64,000 bases of DNA, taken from NCBI GenBank assembly GCA_963746105.1, contig CAVVAD010000002.1:445047-509046 (forward strand), written 5' to 3'. Position 1 is the first letter of the stretch. The number at the start of each line of letters is the position of its first letter. The DNA comes from an uncultured beta proteobacterium. Its GTDB lineage: Bacteria > Pseudomonadota > Gammaproteobacteria > Burkholderiales > Gallionellaceae. The position numbers were made by a program, and so were the translations under genes. Below the pieces are notes generated by a model. That model was not told the DNA's origin and made no database searches. It saw only the letters and a list, made by a program, of their open reading frames with translations. Below, one piece after another: positions 62,942 to 64,000 of the stretch.

Positions 62942-63919
62942 CTAAATCAATAATGGCGGCTCATCCATCAGCGCTATCTGCTCGCGCAGCTCCAGGATGC
63001 GGTCCTGCCAGTAGCGTTGCGTGTTGAACCAGGGGAAGGCAGCGGTAAAGGCGGGATCATCCCAGCGCCGCGCGATCCACGCGGAGTAATGGATCAGGCG
63101 CAGGGTGCGCAGTGCCTCGACCAGATGCAGCTCACGCGGCTCGAACTCGTAAAAATCCTCGTACCCGGCAAGCAGGTCGGAGAGCTGTCGCAACATATCC
63201 GCGCGTGCGCCGGACAGCAGCATCCACAGATCCTGTATCGCCGGCCCCATGCGGCTGTCGTCGAAATCCACGAAGTGCGGCCCCTCGTCCGTCCACAGCA
63301 CGTTGCCGACATGGCAATCGCCGTGCAGGCGCAATCTTCTCACAACTCCGGCACGGTCGATGCAACGCCTTACGCCATCCAGCGCCTGCGCGCTTACACC
63401 ACGATAAACCTCGACCAACTCAGACGGAATGAAATCGTGCGCCAACAAGTAAGCGCTGGGCTCCACTCCGAAACTCTCGATGTCCAGCGTCGGGCGATGC
63501 CGGTAAGACTCCAAAGCGCCAACCGCATGGATGCGGCCGATGAAACGCCCCACCCATTCCAGCGTATCGCGTTCATCCAGTTCCGGCGCACGGCCGCCGT
63601 GCCTGGCAAATACCGAAAAGCGAAAACCGCTGAACCGGTGCAGCGTCTGACTGCTGCTTTCGAGTGCCGGCACGACCGGGATCTCGCGTTCTGCCAGCGC
63701 TGCAACAAACGCATGTTCTTCGAGGATTTCTGCATCGGACCAGCGCCCCGGGCGGTAGAATTTGGCGACCAGAGGCGGCCTGTCTTCGATGCCAACCTGA
63801 TAGACACGGTTCTCGTAGCTGTTGAGGGCAAGCAGACGGCCATCGCCGCGCAGACCGATGCTTTCCAGGGCATCAAGCACGGCATCCGGCCCAAGCGCAG
63901 TAAAGGGTTGGATGTGCAT
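62942..63919 (-). CDS. srkA: Stress-response Ser/Thr kinase (YihE/RdoA/SrkA)
   Basis: LALNSYENRVYQ, KFYRPGRWS, RLHGDCHVGNVLW, DFDDSRMGPAIQDLWMLL, WDDPAF..AFPWF. Confidence 0.95.
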   Translation of the reverse strand: MHIQPFTALGPDAVLDALESIGLRGDGRLLALNSYENRVYQVGIEDRPPLVAKFYRPGRWSDAEILEEHAFVAALAEREIPVVPALESSSQTLHRFSGFRFSVFARHGGRAPELDERDTLEWVGRFIGRIHAVGALESYRHRPTLDIESFGVEPSAYLLAHDFIPSELVEVYRGVSAQALDGVRRCIDRAGVVRRLRLHGDCHVGNVLWTDEGPHFVDFDDSRMGPAIQDLWMLLSGARADMLRQLSDLLAGYEDFYEFEPRELHLVEALRTLRLIHYSAWIARRWDDPAFTAAFPWFNTQRYWQDRILELREQIALMDEPPLLI

Positions 63920-64000
63920 AATTATATTGTACGGTAGCACACAATATCCGGCAGCCTTGACGGCACGGCCACGGAATCATCTGGCTCCAGCCCTGCCCTG

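Overview
A GC-rich betaproteobacterial chromosome segment. The gene content and repeat types suggest Gallionellaceae/Nitrosomonadales, which is my inference. The backbone is housekeeping: secD-secF-yajC, tgt, queA, cysQ, tRNA-Leu(CAA), mnmA, purB, radC, wrbA, proS, rppH, dut, coaBC, hrcA, hemH, murI, orn, rsgA and srkA. Accessory blocks are: (1) a phosphate/arsenic/metal block (PlcP/LpxH-like phosphoesterase end, arsR-arsC-acr3, CDF transporter, phoU, pstSCAB with a Pho box); (2) a TPR/beta-barrel plus secreted FecR-domain pair; (3) a two-partner-secretion (CdiAB-like) locus of about 9 kb whose exoprotein gene has about 10 frame changes but keeps an intact DUF637-like C-terminal module and a downstream lipoprotein; (4) an SHP-DHC-cytochrome b cluster extended by a four-His membrane protein and a second diheme cytochrome c; (5) a GT-B/GT-A fused glycosyltransferase plus DedA, bracketed by a diverged duplicate of the paiB 5' end. 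The most striking signal is the repeat biology. Palindromic repeat/MITE-derived sequence sits in frame, without stops, inside three conserved housekeeping genes (mnmA, coaBC, and rsgA twice). Two of these inserts are homologous to a module of about 90 bp carried twice in a 464-bp IS5-like MITE (19-bp perfect TIRs, TTAG target duplication) just downstream of rsgA. No CRISPR array, prophage, integrase, transposase or rRNA was seen. All family calls come from motif recognition, with no database searches.
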